Assembly: GCA_964512655.1 (NCBI GenBank)
Contig: CAZEJT010000005.1
Location: 135,559-199,558 of the forward strand
DNA length: 64,000 bases
Origin: an uncultured Chlorobiaceae bacterium
Lineage (GTDB): Bacteria > Bacteroidota > Ignavibacteria > UBA10030 > SZUA-254
Direction of reading: 5' to 3'
The first letter of the stretch is position 1. Each line of letters opens with the position of its first letter. The notes beneath the pieces were generated by a model. That model had not been told where the DNA came from. It ran no database searches and saw only the letters and a list, made by a program, of their open reading frames with translations. The position numbers and the translations under genes were made by a program. Positions 1 through 10,078 of this stretch are shown here, one piece after another.

Positions 1-1101
1 GTGTCGATTCCGGTTCACGTGCCGGACTCGATGAGGACAACTCTATTTCCCAAAGCCAGCGCGGGCGCCTACGCATATGACGGGGCGTATAGCCAGTCTC
101 CCTCCCTGAGCCCTGGAAAAGGATACTGGATGCGCTTCGACCAGGCGCAGGTCGTGTCTGTGCTGGGGACTCCGGCCGACATGCCGACACTTCACGTCAA
201 GGCAGGTTGGAACTTGATCGGCGCGCCCCCCACCTACGTGAGTTCAGCCGCGGTATCCAGCATGCCCCCAGGGATCATGACATCGAAGTTTTTCCAGTTC
301 AACAACGGGTACTCGGTGGCCAACACACTGACTCCGGGGCGAGGATATTGGGTGAAAGTGAGCCAGGATGGCGAGATAGTCTTCCAGTCGTCGACGGCTG
401 TTCCAAAGCGCGCGGAGCAGATTTCGCCGCTGCTCACCTACGAGCGAATCACCATTACCGACGCGCAACATTATTCGCAGACGTTGTATTTCTCGGACTC
501 TCCCGCTTCTGGAAGCGTCGACGCGCAATATGAGCTACCTCCCGTTCCCCCAGAGAACGTCTTTGATGCCCGCTTTGCATCCGGAAGGTTTGTCGAGGAT
601 CTTGCGAAGCGGCCGGGCCACGCCGAGAGCATCTTTCTCTCGACCCTGCATTACCCGGTGACGATTTCCTGGAACCGGAACCGTACATCTTCCCTCGGGA
701 GACTCCTTGTCGATGACAAACAGTATATTCTCGCGGATTCAGGGAAGGTGCAAGTAACTTCGGCGCCTTCAAAACTCGTCGTCGCTCTTGCTTCTACCCC
801 TCTCACTCAGCGACCGGTCGATTTCAAGTTGGAACAGAACTACCCTAATCCGTTCAACCCCGCAACGGTGATTCGGTATGACATACCCATCGATGCGCAT
901 GTTGTCATCGACATCTATGACGTGCTGGGGCGGCGCATATCCTCGTTGGAAGACAATTACAAACCCGCAGGATCATACGTTGTACGCTGGGACGCGTCCG
1001 CTCTGGCAAGCGGAATCTATTATTACCGAATGGAAGCGACCGGCACGGTGGAATCGACAAAACGGTTCACTCAGGTAAAGAAGATGTTACTGTTGAAATA
1101 G
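1..1101 (+). CDS. T9SS (Por) C-terminal-sorting-domain secreted protein, 5'-truncated by window edge
   Basis: ORF is open from base 1, so there is no start in the window. The last ~85 aa (LEQNYPNPFNP...YDVLGRRI...SGIYYYRMEATG...KKMLLLK) follow the T9SS CTD pattern shared with four other ORFs here. Confidence 0.7.
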   Translation: MSIPVHVPDSMRTTLFPKASAGAYAYDGAYSQSPSLSPGKGYWMRFDQAQVVSVLGTPADMPTLHVKAGWNLIGAPPTYVSSAAVSSMPPGIMTSKFFQFNNGYSVANTLTPGRGYWVKVSQDGEIVFQSSTAVPKRAEQISPLLTYERITITDAQHYSQTLYFSDSPASGSVDAQYELPPVPPENVFDARFASGRFVEDLAKRPGHAESIFLSTLHYPVTISWNRNRTSSLGRLLVDDKQYILADSGKVQVTSAPSKLVVALASTPLTQRPVDFKLEQNYPNPFNPATVIRYDIPIDAHVVIDIYDVLGRRISSLEDNYKPAGSYVVRWDASALASGIYYYRMEATGTVESTKRFTQVKKMLLLK

Positions 1102-1318
1102 TTTGCACACATTAACCCTCCTGTAGTCCGCAGTTTTTCCCTGATCGGGCGGTCAGGCCGTAACGGCCTCGCCGCCGGTTCAATCACATACCTGCTCCCC
1201 TCTCGCTGATCCGCCCTTCGACCTTGAGGAATTAGTTCCCAACTATCGGTATATTTAGGCGTCGGGCTAAGCTCCCGCACCGGCATTAGGCGTTCCACTC
1301 ACTCAAGGAATTTCTGAC

Positions 1319-3433
1319 TTGATAGGTCAGTCGGTCCTGCAGTATAAGATTCTGGAACAACTCGGCGAGGGCGGCATGGGTGTCGTGTACAAAGCCCGCG
1401 ACACCCGGCTCGACCGGACAGTCGCCCTCAAGTTTCTCTCGCCGCGCCTGTCGGGCTCCGAAGAGTCCAGGGCCCGGCTCCTTCAGGAGGCTCGAACCGC
1501 CTCAGCACTGAACCATCCCAATGTCTGTACGATCTACGGGATCGAGGAGCATCAGGGACAGATGTTCATCGTGATGGAATATGTAGAAGGGGTAACACTT
1601 AAGCGGCTGATCAATGGATCACAGTTGCCGATCGATCGAGTCGTCAGCATCGGAACGCAACTTGCAGATGGCCTCAAAGCCGCCTCTGACCGGGGATTGA
1701 TTCACCGCGACATCAAGACCGAAAATGTTCTCGTGACTCCCGATAGTCGCGCGAAGATTATGGATTTCGGCCTTGCGAAGGTCGGCGGTGACGCCGGCGT
1801 CACGAAGGCCGGAACGACGGTTGGCACCCTCTCGTATATGGCTCCCGAGCAAATCATTGGCGAAGAAGTCGACGCCCGGGCAGACCTGTGGTCATTCGGG
1901 ATTGTCCTCTACGAAATGCTGACGGGAAAACCTCCATTCCGGGGCGAGCACGAAGCGGCCGTGATGTATGAGATCCTGAACCAGGACCCTCCCCCTGTCA
2001 CGTCGATACGGCCGGATGCCCCCGGGCATTTCCAGCCCCTCATCGCCGCCCTTCTCCAAAAGGATCGGAGCAAACGGACGATTACCGCAGCTGAGGTTAT
2101 CGAGCAACTGAAGGCTCGACAGCATGCTGAGCCAAAAGAACATGAAGAGAAGTCGATCGCGGTTCTCTATTTTGACAACATGAGCTCAGAAAAAGACAGC
2201 GAGTATTTCTGTGCCGGCATTACCGAAGACATCATCACGGATCTCTCACAGATCAAAGAACTGAAAGTCGTATCGCGAACCGACGTCATGCCCTTCAGGA
2301 ACAAGGAGGCAAACACGAGGCAGGTCGGGGAAGCCTTGAGGGTGAATTACATCCTCGAGGGGAGCGTGCGCAAAGCCGGTAACAGAATCCGGATCACCGC
2401 GCAGCTCATTGAGGTCCAGAACGGTTTTCATGCCTGGGCCGAACGCTTCGACCGCCTCGTGGAGGATATCTTTGACCTCCAAACTGAGGTCTCGCAGAAA
2501 ATCGCCGACGCTCTCAAGATTACGCTGAGCGACTCGGAGAAGGCGTCACTCGCCAGGAAGCCGACGAATGACATGCGGGCATATGATTTCTATATGAGGG
2601 GACGAGAATACCTTTCGAAGCGAGGGCGCAAGAACAACGAAATGGCGATCTCCATGTTCGAGAATGCGCTTGCGATAGATCCGGATTTTGCATCAGTCTT
2701 CTCGGGCCTCACCGAAGCGTACTCCTACATGTATATTTGGTATGACGGTAATCCGGCGTGGCTCGGAAAGACAATCAGTCTGAATGAACGAGTTCTCGCA
2801 CTCGATCCCGATTCTGTCGATGGCCTTTTTGGCTCGGGGATGATCCAGTTTCATCAGAAACGCTTCGGTGAGGCGAAGACAACATTCGAAAAGGTGGTCA
2901 AGCTCAAGCCCGATTTTTACGAGGCTTTTCGGTGGCTGGGTATCATCTCCGATATTATGGGAAATTTCGACGAAGCCATCGCGCACCACAAGCGCTGCGC
3001 CGCCCTCAAGCCCTTCAGCGAGGAGCCGTGGATGCATCTCGAGATGACATACAGGAGAAAAGGAAACCCTGAGGCCGCAGATAAGGCTGTGAAGACCCTC
3101 CACGATTTGGGTCAGGCAAAGCTGGACATTAACCCTGAGGATGTCACGACGATCAGCAGGATGGCCGGTGCCTATGTTCGATTGGGCCAGCCCGAAAAAG
3201 CCCTCGAGGCGATTAAGACGATCCAGCGGATCGCACCAACCGATGGGCTTGCCTTATACAACGCCGCTTGCACATACGCCTCCATGGGAAATAAGGAGGA
3301 AACCCTCGTATGCCTTCGCGGAGCGCTCAAGAACGGCTTCAAGGGCGTTGTTGAGTGGGTGAAAAGCGATGTCGACTTCGCCCAAATGCTCAATGACCCG
3401 GAATTCATAGCGCTCCTGGGGCAGTTTGGGTGA
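1319..3433 (+). CDS. Ser/Thr protein kinase with C-terminal TPR-repeat domain
   Basis: Hanks-kinase motifs are present: G-loop GEGGMGVVYKA, VALK lysine, HRDIKTENVLV catalytic loop, DFGLAK, APE. The C-terminal ~350 aa are helical TPR-like repeats. Confidence 0.85.
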   Translation: MIGQSVLQYKILEQLGEGGMGVVYKARDTRLDRTVALKFLSPRLSGSEESRARLLQEARTASALNHPNVCTIYGIEEHQGQMFIVMEYVEGVTLKRLINGSQLPIDRVVSIGTQLADGLKAASDRGLIHRDIKTENVLVTPDSRAKIMDFGLAKVGGDAGVTKAGTTVGTLSYMAPEQIIGEEVDARADLWSFGIVLYEMLTGKPPFRGEHEAAVMYEILNQDPPPVTSIRPDAPGHFQPLIAALLQKDRSKRTITAAEVIEQLKARQHAEPKEHEEKSIAVLYFDNMSSEKDSEYFCAGITEDIITDLSQIKELKVVSRTDVMPFRNKEANTRQVGEALRVNYILEGSVRKAGNRIRITAQLIEVQNGFHAWAERFDRLVEDIFDLQTEVSQKIADALKITLSDSEKASLARKPTNDMRAYDFYMRGREYLSKRGRKNNEMAISMFENALAIDPDFASVFSGLTEAYSYMYIWYDGNPAWLGKTISLNERVLALDPDSVDGLFGSGMIQFHQKRFGEAKTTFEKVVKLKPDFYEAFRWLGIISDIMGNFDEAIAHHKRCAALKPFSEEPWMHLEMTYRRKGNPEAADKAVKTLHDLGQAKLDINPEDVTTISRMAGAYVRLGQPEKALEAIKTIQRIAPTDGLALYNAACTYASMGNKEETLVCLRGALKNGFKGVVEWVKSDVDFAQMLNDPEFIALLGQFG

Positions 3434-3486
3434 TCACGATTGCGACAAGTTGACGTAATCTTTATTACCGAACGCCTGAGCAGTCG

Positions 3487-4503
3487 ATGACTGCATTCCT
3501 CAGTGGACGAGCCATCGGTGTTGCCGCTTCTTTGGTTGTCATCGTTGCAGTGTTTATTGTTGCAGTCTTATTCCTCAGCGGGGGTAGGGAGGGAGACAGC
3601 GCGGAGAAGAGTAGTATATCCTCCATCGAAACACACCGGCCGTCCCCCCACAAGGCCATCCTCGAAACCCCCAAAACTCGGTCAAGCTCCGAATATCCGA
3701 TAGGTTACAATGTGGGAACTGTCGACCCACGCTTTGGATTATCGAGGGAGATCTTGTTGAAACTCGTCGACGAAGCAGCGCAAGTGTGGGAAACGCCGAT
3801 CAGCACTCCATTGTTCCGCTACGATACGGCCGCTGAGTTGACGATCAACCTGATCTTTGACGAACGCCAGGCAAAAGCAAACGAGGCGAGTCGAGCAAAA
3901 TCACTCCTCGCAATAAAGGGCAAGACCTTCGAGGAACTCAAGGCAACCTATGATTCGAAGATCCGATTGAAAGAGAAACTGGAGGGGGAGTATAAGGATT
4001 CCCAGGCGGAGCTCGACCATAGGCTCGACGATTACAACTCAAGGGTCGCGATGTGGAACGGCAAAGGCGGTGCGCCCCCAAGTGAATTCAGGGCGCTTGA
4101 GGGGGAGCGTGATCGGCTTGAGGCGTTGAAAAGACAGGTTGAGCGGCAGGTGGGGGTGCTGAACGAAACGATACAAACTGTGAACGATTTGGCCGGTTCA
4201 CTCAACGAGTTATCCGGCAGGTACACACTTGCAGTTGAGAACTATAATGACCGATTTGTCGCAGTTCGCGAATTTGAAAAGGGCCTATGGAACGGAAAGA
4301 GCGTTGACGTATTTGAGTTCCAGAGCGAGGCGGATTTGCGGCTGACGCTGGTCCACGAATTGGGGCACGTCCTCGGCTTCGGCCATGTCAATGATCCCAA
4401 TGCCATCATGTATTACAAGCTGGAAAAGCAAGATGTTAAGCACCCACGCTTGACCAATGACGACCTGGAATTGCTTCATTCAAAAATTTCTACTTCTTCC
4501 TGA
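3487..4503 (+). CDS. membrane-anchored matrixin-like zinc metalloprotease (metzincin) with long coiled-coil insertion
   Basis: An N-terminal TM helix (AIGVAASLVVIVAVFIVAVLFL) is followed by the extended zinc-binding motif HELGHVLGFGHV and the Met-turn AIMYY near the C-terminus. About 170 aa of Glu/Lys/Arg/Leu-rich heptad-like sequence sit between the N-terminal matrixin segment and the HExxH motif. Confidence 0.6.
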   Translation: MTAFLSGRAIGVAASLVVIVAVFIVAVLFLSGGREGDSAEKSSISSIETHRPSPHKAILETPKTRSSSEYPIGYNVGTVDPRFGLSREILLKLVDEAAQVWETPISTPLFRYDTAAELTINLIFDERQAKANEASRAKSLLAIKGKTFEELKATYDSKIRLKEKLEGEYKDSQAELDHRLDDYNSRVAMWNGKGGAPPSEFRALEGERDRLEALKRQVERQVGVLNETIQTVNDLAGSLNELSGRYTLAVENYNDRFVAVREFEKGLWNGKSVDVFEFQSEADLRLTLVHELGHVLGFGHVNDPNAIMYYKLEKQDVKHPRLTNDDLELLHSKISTSS

Positions 4504-4520
4504 GAGGCAGCTCGGGAAGG

Positions 4521-5252
4521 ATGGAAATGCGACATGGAATGGTGATCGGATTCGTAATTCGTTTCGCAATTGTAACCCTACCCTTGTTCGGCAGGGTACA
4601 AGTAGCTTACGGGCAGGAGCCGGATCAAGGAATAGGGTTCGTCGTTCTCCCCGGCGGAGACAACTCACGCGGCGTCATATACTCTAGGCCAAGTCCTACA
4701 TCGGACACCATAGCGACTCTATTCCGGTGGGAGTACACATTCTTCGGCGATACTGACAAGGTGCGCGGCCGTCTTGCAGGATTCGAAAAGTACGGTGACT
4801 GGGGCCCACCAATCATATCATTTAGTGCCGATTCCAGTTGGGCCCGTGTGCTTATGGAAACGGCCACCGGAGAAGTCAGAAGAAAAGGTTGGGTAAATCT
4901 GAAAATAGCCGGCACATCAATAAGACTCTGGTCCGATTTTCTCCCCACTCATCCAATGAAGTTGAAGGACCATCACCCCTTTCGGTTCTATTCGAAACCG
5001 AATGGGGCTCTGAGGAAGGACATCAAACTCGTCAGATATCCTCATCAAGAGGTTTACAGCTATGTACTCCGCCCGATCAAACGAATGGGGCGATGGCTTT
5101 ACGTAGAGATAATTTACCCAACCTGGCCGTGCGCAGGCACTCCGAGTGAGGTCAAAGATATGTTTGGAGTCTCACAGCTGACGACAAGAGTCTGGATAGA
5201 ATACGTCGATCGGCGAGGTCGTCCACTCGTCGTGGCTGCAGATATGTGTTAG
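4521..5252 (+). CDS. hypothetical protein (hydrophobic N-terminus, possible secreted)
   Basis: The ORF lies 17 bp downstream of the metalloprotease on the same strand. It has a hydrophobic N-terminal segment and no motif I recognise. Confidence 0.4.
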   Translation: MEMRHGMVIGFVIRFAIVTLPLFGRVQVAYGQEPDQGIGFVVLPGGDNSRGVIYSRPSPTSDTIATLFRWEYTFFGDTDKVRGRLAGFEKYGDWGPPIISFSADSSWARVLMETATGEVRRKGWVNLKIAGTSIRLWSDFLPTHPMKLKDHHPFRFYSKPNGALRKDIKLVRYPHQEVYSYVLRPIKRMGRWLYVEIIYPTWPCAGTPSEVKDMFGVSQLTTRVWIEYVDRRGRPLVVAADMC

Positions 5253-5560
5253 TGGTTTAGGTGAGATTCCTATTCGATGTCTGTTTTTGCTTGTAAGCTA
5301 CTCGGCGGTATTCGGCTGATTTCCCGCGTTGAGGTGAAAACCATTCAAGCGCTGAATCCTGAATCGACGGATCCGCCGCCCTTGAGCTAAGACACTTGGT
5401 CCCCTCGATATTCTAATCCCGGCCCGGATCCCCAGGTCGGGATTTGTGTTTCTTATCCAATCTTCACCCCTATGTGACCTTCCTGTTATCTTAATCGGGT
5501 ATCTTGTCCCTCGATTTGAAGCAAAAACCAACCATAACAACAATTGCAGGAGTTCCTGTC

Positions 5561-6319
5561 ATGTTCAAATACTCGCTGTTTCTCGCCCTCGTCCTTGGCC
5601 TCATCTCATCCAGTCCGGCTCAGAAGATGGACAAGAAAATGGGCAAAGAAATCCAGTTCAAGGTCCGCATCGAGAACATCTCCAAGGGCGAAATCCTCAA
5701 GGGGATGAACGGCGGCACCGCCCCGGCGGCGATCGCGCCGGTCCTGTACCTCGTCCACACCATCGAGGCACCTCTATTTAAGACGGGCCAGAAGGATTGG
5801 GGACGGGGGCTTGAAAGCCTCTCCGAGGACGGAAATCCGACGAAGCAGGCCGAATTCTGCAAGCACCATAAGGGCGTGGTCTCCGCCGGAGTCATGAATA
5901 TCCCGGTGGGCGAAACCTCACCCGGCCCGGCCAAGCCCGGCATGGCGTACGAGTTCAGCTTCACCGCATCGAAGGGCCAACGTTTGACGACCGCACAGAT
6001 GTTCGGGCAGTCGAATGATCTCTTCTATGCACCGTCCGAGCGCGGCATCGAGCTTTTCGATGAGAAAGGGTTGGCGATTAGCGGGGATATCACGTCGCAG
6101 TACATCCTCTGGGATGCCGGCACTGAAGTGAACGAAGAGCCCGGATTCGGTCCCAACCAGGCGCCTCGTCAGGCGGCACCCAACACCGGCGCCGATGAAA
6201 ACGGAGTTGTAACGCCGGTGAACGACGGAAAGTATGTCTATCCGAAGGTCTCCGATGTCATCAGGGTCACCATCACACCCGACCTGACGACGGCGGAAAA
6301 CGGCGGCTATCACAAATAA
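5561..6319 (+). CDS. secreted spondin_N-like domain protein
   Basis: An AGGAG-like sequence precedes the ATG at 5561. A signal peptide (MFKYSLFLALVLGLISSSPAQ) is present. The segment FKVRIENISKG...LESLSEDGNPTK resembles the bacterial spondin_N family pattern, recalled from memory. The ORF-track start at 5504 is probably an artefactual extension. Confidence 0.45.
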   Translation: MFKYSLFLALVLGLISSSPAQKMDKKMGKEIQFKVRIENISKGEILKGMNGGTAPAAIAPVLYLVHTIEAPLFKTGQKDWGRGLESLSEDGNPTKQAEFCKHHKGVVSAGVMNIPVGETSPGPAKPGMAYEFSFTASKGQRLTTAQMFGQSNDLFYAPSERGIELFDEKGLAISGDITSQYILWDAGTEVNEEPGFGPNQAPRQAAPNTGADENGVVTPVNDGKYVYPKVSDVIRVTITPDLTTAENGGYHK

Positions 6320-6416
6320 ACCCACTGTCGCACTGAGCGAGACGCAGCCTGTTGTTCAGCGTTCATCGGCCTCGTTTCGCTCCGCGCGGCGGAATCAATC
6401 CCAAAGGAGAATAACA

Positions 6417-7322
6417 ATGTCCAAAAAGAAGATACTCTGGCTCATCGCGATCGTAGTAGCGATAGGACTCTGGTATGCGTTCCGTCCCGAGCTGCTCTTC
6501 GTCAATGAGACCGTCAGCGAGAGCTTCCCCGCCTCGACAGCCACCCAACAGACAGCAACTCTGTCGGAACCGGTTCTGCTCGCCGAAGGCGCATTCCACA
6601 GCAACGCACATGACACAAAAGGTACTGCTTCCATCTACCGGCTTGCCGATGGAAAGCGCGTCCTGAGATTCACCAATTTCGAAACCTCGAACGGCCCGGA
6701 CGTGAACATCTACCTTGTCGCGGCTTCAGACGTACAGGATGACGGAACGGTCAAGAAGTCGGGATTCGTAGCCGTAGGGCCGATCAAGGGGAACAAGGGC
6801 GATCAGAATTACGACGTTCCTGCCGACCTCGATCTCGGGAAGTATAAGACCGTCACCGTCTGGTGCAAGAGGTTCAGCGTCAACTTTGGCAGCGCGCCGC
6901 TCTCGCCGAAGGCAGGCCTCAATTCCAACAGCATGCAGACGCCCGGAACTGACGAACCGAAGGTCCTCTCCGCCGGAACATTCCACAACGGAGCCCACGA
7001 CACGAAGGGGAAGGCCACCATTTACCAGCTCCCCGACGGCAAACGGGTTCTGAGGTTCACTGAGTTTGAGACTTCCAACGGCCCGGATGTTAACATCTAC
7101 CTCGTAGCCGCGTCGGATGCGAAGGACGATGCCACGGTGAAGAACGCGGGGTTCATCACGCTCGGGCCGATTAAGGGCAACAGGGGCGATCAGAACTATG
7201 AACTCCCCTCCACTGTTGACTTAGGTACGTATCGGGCCGTCACAGTCTGGTGCAAGCGCTTCAGCGTCAACTTCGGCACGGCACCGCTCACTCCTTCGGT
7301 TCCATCACAAGCGCAAATGTGA
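6417..7322 (+). CDS. secreted protein with two tandem DM13-like domains
   Basis: A strong RBS (AAAGGAG) and an N-terminal TM/signal segment are present. The protein contains two ~125-aa repeats that are nearly identical in pattern (AFHSNAHDTKG..IYRLADGKRVLRFTNFETSNGPDVNIYLVAASD...GPIKGN.GDQNY...VTVWCKRFSVNFG.APL). This pattern matches the DM13 domain as I recall it. Confidence 0.6.
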   Translation: MSKKKILWLIAIVVAIGLWYAFRPELLFVNETVSESFPASTATQQTATLSEPVLLAEGAFHSNAHDTKGTASIYRLADGKRVLRFTNFETSNGPDVNIYLVAASDVQDDGTVKKSGFVAVGPIKGNKGDQNYDVPADLDLGKYKTVTVWCKRFSVNFGSAPLSPKAGLNSNSMQTPGTDEPKVLSAGTFHNGAHDTKGKATIYQLPDGKRVLRFTEFETSNGPDVNIYLVAASDAKDDATVKNAGFITLGPIKGNRGDQNYELPSTVDLGTYRAVTVWCKRFSVNFGTAPLTPSVPSQAQM

Positions 7323-7333
7323 GGAGGACACCC

Positions 7334-8950
7334 ATGTCCCGCGAGAATCACTACGACGTTATCATCATCGGATCAGGGGCGGGAGGGGGTACGCTCGCGT
7401 ACGCCCTCGCCCCCACAGGCAAGCGGATCCTCATCATCGAGCGCGGTGATTATGTAGCTCGCGAAAAGGACAACTGGGACCCGAAGGCGGTCAACGCTGA
7501 AGGGAGATATCAGACGAAAGAAGTTTGGCGGGACGGCGATGGAAAGCCGCTTCACCCTCACACGAACTATAACGTCGGAGGCAACACGAAGTTCTACGGT
7601 GCGGCCCTCTTCCGGCTTCGTAAAGAGGACTTCGGAGAGATCCGTCACCACGGAGGCGTGTCGCCTGCATGGCCGATTTCGTACGACGAGCTCGAGCCTT
7701 ACTACGCGAAATCCGAGCGGATGTACAACGTGCACGGCACGCGGGGCGAGGATCCGACTGAGCCCTGGGCAAGCTCGTCATTTCCATACGACGCTGTGAC
7801 TCATGAGCCGAGAATACAGCAGCTCAGCGACGACTTTGCCCGGTTGGGACTGAAGCCGTTCCATGTCCCTCTCGGAATCATGCTGAACGAGAAGGACCGT
7901 CTCCGAAGCAAATGCATCCGCTGCAGTACCTGCGACGGTTTTCCCTGCCTTGTTCAGGCAAAATCCGACGCTCAGGTGTGCGCGGTCGACCCGGCGCTTG
8001 AGATGCCGAACGTCACTCTTGTGACAAACATGAAGGTAGAGAGACTATTTACGGATGCCTCCGGCCGGCGTGTCACGACCGTCGCAGCATCTCACAACGG
8101 CCACATTGAAGAGTTCTCAGCCGATATTGTTGCCGTATCTTGCGGCGCGATCAACTCGGCCGGGTTACTGCTGCGGTCTGCGAACGATAAGCATCCAAAC
8201 GGACTGGGCAACAGCTCAGATACCGTGGGCAGGCACTACATGGGGCATGTGAATTCCGTCCTGATGGCGATCTCCAAGTGTCCGAATCCTACGGTCTTTC
8301 AGAAGACGCTCGCGGTCAACGATTTCTATTTCGGATCGAAAGATTGGGAATATCCGATGGGCCATATTTCGTTTGTGGGCAAACTCGACGTCGAGTCGCT
8401 CAAAGCGGGAGCGCCGGCGATCGCCCCCGGATGGACGCTCGATCTCATGGCAAAACATTCGCTCGATTTCTGGCTCACCTCGGAGGACCTGCCTGATCCC
8501 AACAACCGGGTTTCGGTCGACCGGGATGGCAACATCGTCCTCGCTTACAAGCCGAACAATGAGGAGGGGCACAAGCGCCTCATCGCAAAACTGAAGGGGC
8601 TTATGCAGCAGCAGACAGCATGCTCCGTCCACGGTCATGAGTGTCACGAAGGCCTCTTTTCACGCAACCTTTTTATCGGACAGCGGATCCCTCTTGCGGG
8701 GGTCGCACACCAGAACGGAACAATCCGCTTCGGCACCGATCCGAAGACCTCCGCGCTCGACCGCAATTGCAAGGCCCACGACCTGGAGAACCTCTATGTC
8801 GTCGATGCGAGCTTCTTCCCCTCAAGCGGCGCGGTGAACCCTGCCCTCACTATCATGGCAAACGCACTCCGGGTTGCCGATCATCTGAAAGACCGTCTGG
8901 GCATCACCGGGACTGCCTCGCAGCGCGTGGGGATGGAGATGGTCGCATGA
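7334..8950 (+). CDS. GMC-family FAD-dependent oxidoreductase
   Basis: An RBS (GAGGAGGA) precedes the ATG at 7334. The N-terminal FAD Rossmann motif is YDVIIIGSGAGGGTLA. Length and C-terminal pattern are typical of the GMC family. The ORF-track start at 7250 overlaps the previous gene and is unlikely. Confidence 0.8.
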   Translation: MSRENHYDVIIIGSGAGGGTLAYALAPTGKRILIIERGDYVAREKDNWDPKAVNAEGRYQTKEVWRDGDGKPLHPHTNYNVGGNTKFYGAALFRLRKEDFGEIRHHGGVSPAWPISYDELEPYYAKSERMYNVHGTRGEDPTEPWASSSFPYDAVTHEPRIQQLSDDFARLGLKPFHVPLGIMLNEKDRLRSKCIRCSTCDGFPCLVQAKSDAQVCAVDPALEMPNVTLVTNMKVERLFTDASGRRVTTVAASHNGHIEEFSADIVAVSCGAINSAGLLLRSANDKHPNGLGNSSDTVGRHYMGHVNSVLMAISKCPNPTVFQKTLAVNDFYFGSKDWEYPMGHISFVGKLDVESLKAGAPAIAPGWTLDLMAKHSLDFWLTSEDLPDPNNRVSVDRDGNIVLAYKPNNEEGHKRLIAKLKGLMQQQTACSVHGHECHEGLFSRNLFIGQRIPLAGVAHQNGTIRFGTDPKTSALDRNCKAHDLENLYVVDASFFPSSGAVNPALTIMANALRVADHLKDRLGITGTASQRVGMEMVA

Positions 8951-10068
8951 AGATTACGCCCGCGTTTCTCCCCCGACGAACCTACATTCACTCGAGGGCT
9001 AGCATACGGCCCTGGTTTCTGATCCCCATCATCGCCGGCTTGTTGCTCGCGAGCCCGAAGGCTCGTCCCAGCAGTCCCGTAGGTGATGCTGCTCCGGGAA
9101 AGGTTGCGTCTGTCGAAGCGGTCGGCATAACTGTTTCGGACATGGATCGGTCGATCGATTTCTATTCTAAGGTTCTCACATTCCAAAAAGTATCGGATGA
9201 TGAGGTCTGGGGAGCCGAGTACGAGAAGCTGGAAGGAGTCTTCGGACTCAGGATGAGAGTCGTTCGGATGAAACTCGGGGACGAGACGATCGAGCTTACC
9301 GAATACCTCACACCGAAGGGAAGCGCTTTCCCCGCGGACACACGAAGCAACGATCGATGGTTCCAGCACATCGCGATCGTGGTGAGTGATATCGACAAGG
9401 CCTACGAGCGCTTGAGAAGGTTCAAGGTCCAGCACGCCTCAACGGCTCCGCAGACGCTCCCCCCTACTATCAAAGCAGCGGCGGGGATCAGGGCATTCTA
9501 CTTCAGGGATCCTGACGGCCATTATCTCGAGTTGATCTGGTTCCCGGCAGACAAGGGCGACCAGAAATGGAAGAAACCCGGCGAGAGGTTATTCCTCGGC
9601 ATTGACCACACGGCAATTGTAGTGGAGAACACCGAACAGAGTTTGAAATTCTACAGAGACGAGCTCGGCATGCATGTCGCCGGCGAGAGCGAGAATTTCG
9701 GGACCGAGCAGGAGCATCTCAACAACGTCTCGGGCGCCCGGCTTCATATCACAGGACTCAGGGCCGCTGCCGGACCGGGGATCGAATTTCTCGAATATCT
9801 CACTCCGCGCGACGGACGTCCCGTATTGGCTGGGATGAAATCGAACGACATCGCACATTGGCAAACCACGCTGACGACCCGGCGCGTTTCGGATGTTGAA
9901 CAGGAGCTCCGAGCCGGAAAAGCAGTGTTCGTATCACCAGGCCCGGTGCAGACTGACGGCAGGCTCGGGTTCGGGACCGGGTTACTGGTAAGCGATCCTG
10001 ATGGCCACACGATGAAAATCATCGAGCGAAGTGGAACAGACACTACTACAGCCACATCTCATCGATAA
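8949..10068 (+). CDS. VOC-family protein with two glyoxalase/bleomycin-resistance-like domains
   Basis: The ATG overlaps the GMC stop (ATGA). An N-terminal hydrophobic segment is followed by two VOC-like modules (VEAVGITVSDMDRSIDFYSKVLTFQ and IDHTAIVVENTEQSLKFYRDELGM). The ORF-track extension back to 8641 lies inside the GMC gene and is rejected. Confidence 0.65.
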
Positions 10069-10078
10069 GAGTGATCGA

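Noticed and set aside
1105-1318. Compound GC-rich hairpin (GGCGG..AGGCCGTAACGGCCT..CCGCC) after the first T9SS gene as a terminator
   Set aside because: The hairpin is not followed by a T-tract and lies in the leader of the kinase gene. The evidence is insufficient to call a terminator or riboswitch.
8641-8948. N-terminal extension of the 475-aa ORF (8641-10068) overlapping the GMC oxidoreductase gene
   Set aside because: The extension lies entirely inside the GMC coding region in another frame and is Arg/Pro-rich, as expected for an out-of-frame GC-rich reading. The real gene starts at the ATG at 8949 (MKITPAF...), which overlaps the GMC stop.
10031-10078. Upstream ATG (10031) as the start of the nucleotidyltransferase gene
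   Set aside because: It would overlap the VOC gene by 38 bp and add 16 non-conserved residues before the canonical LWGIILAGG motif. The ATG at 10079 is favoured, but the choice is not certain.
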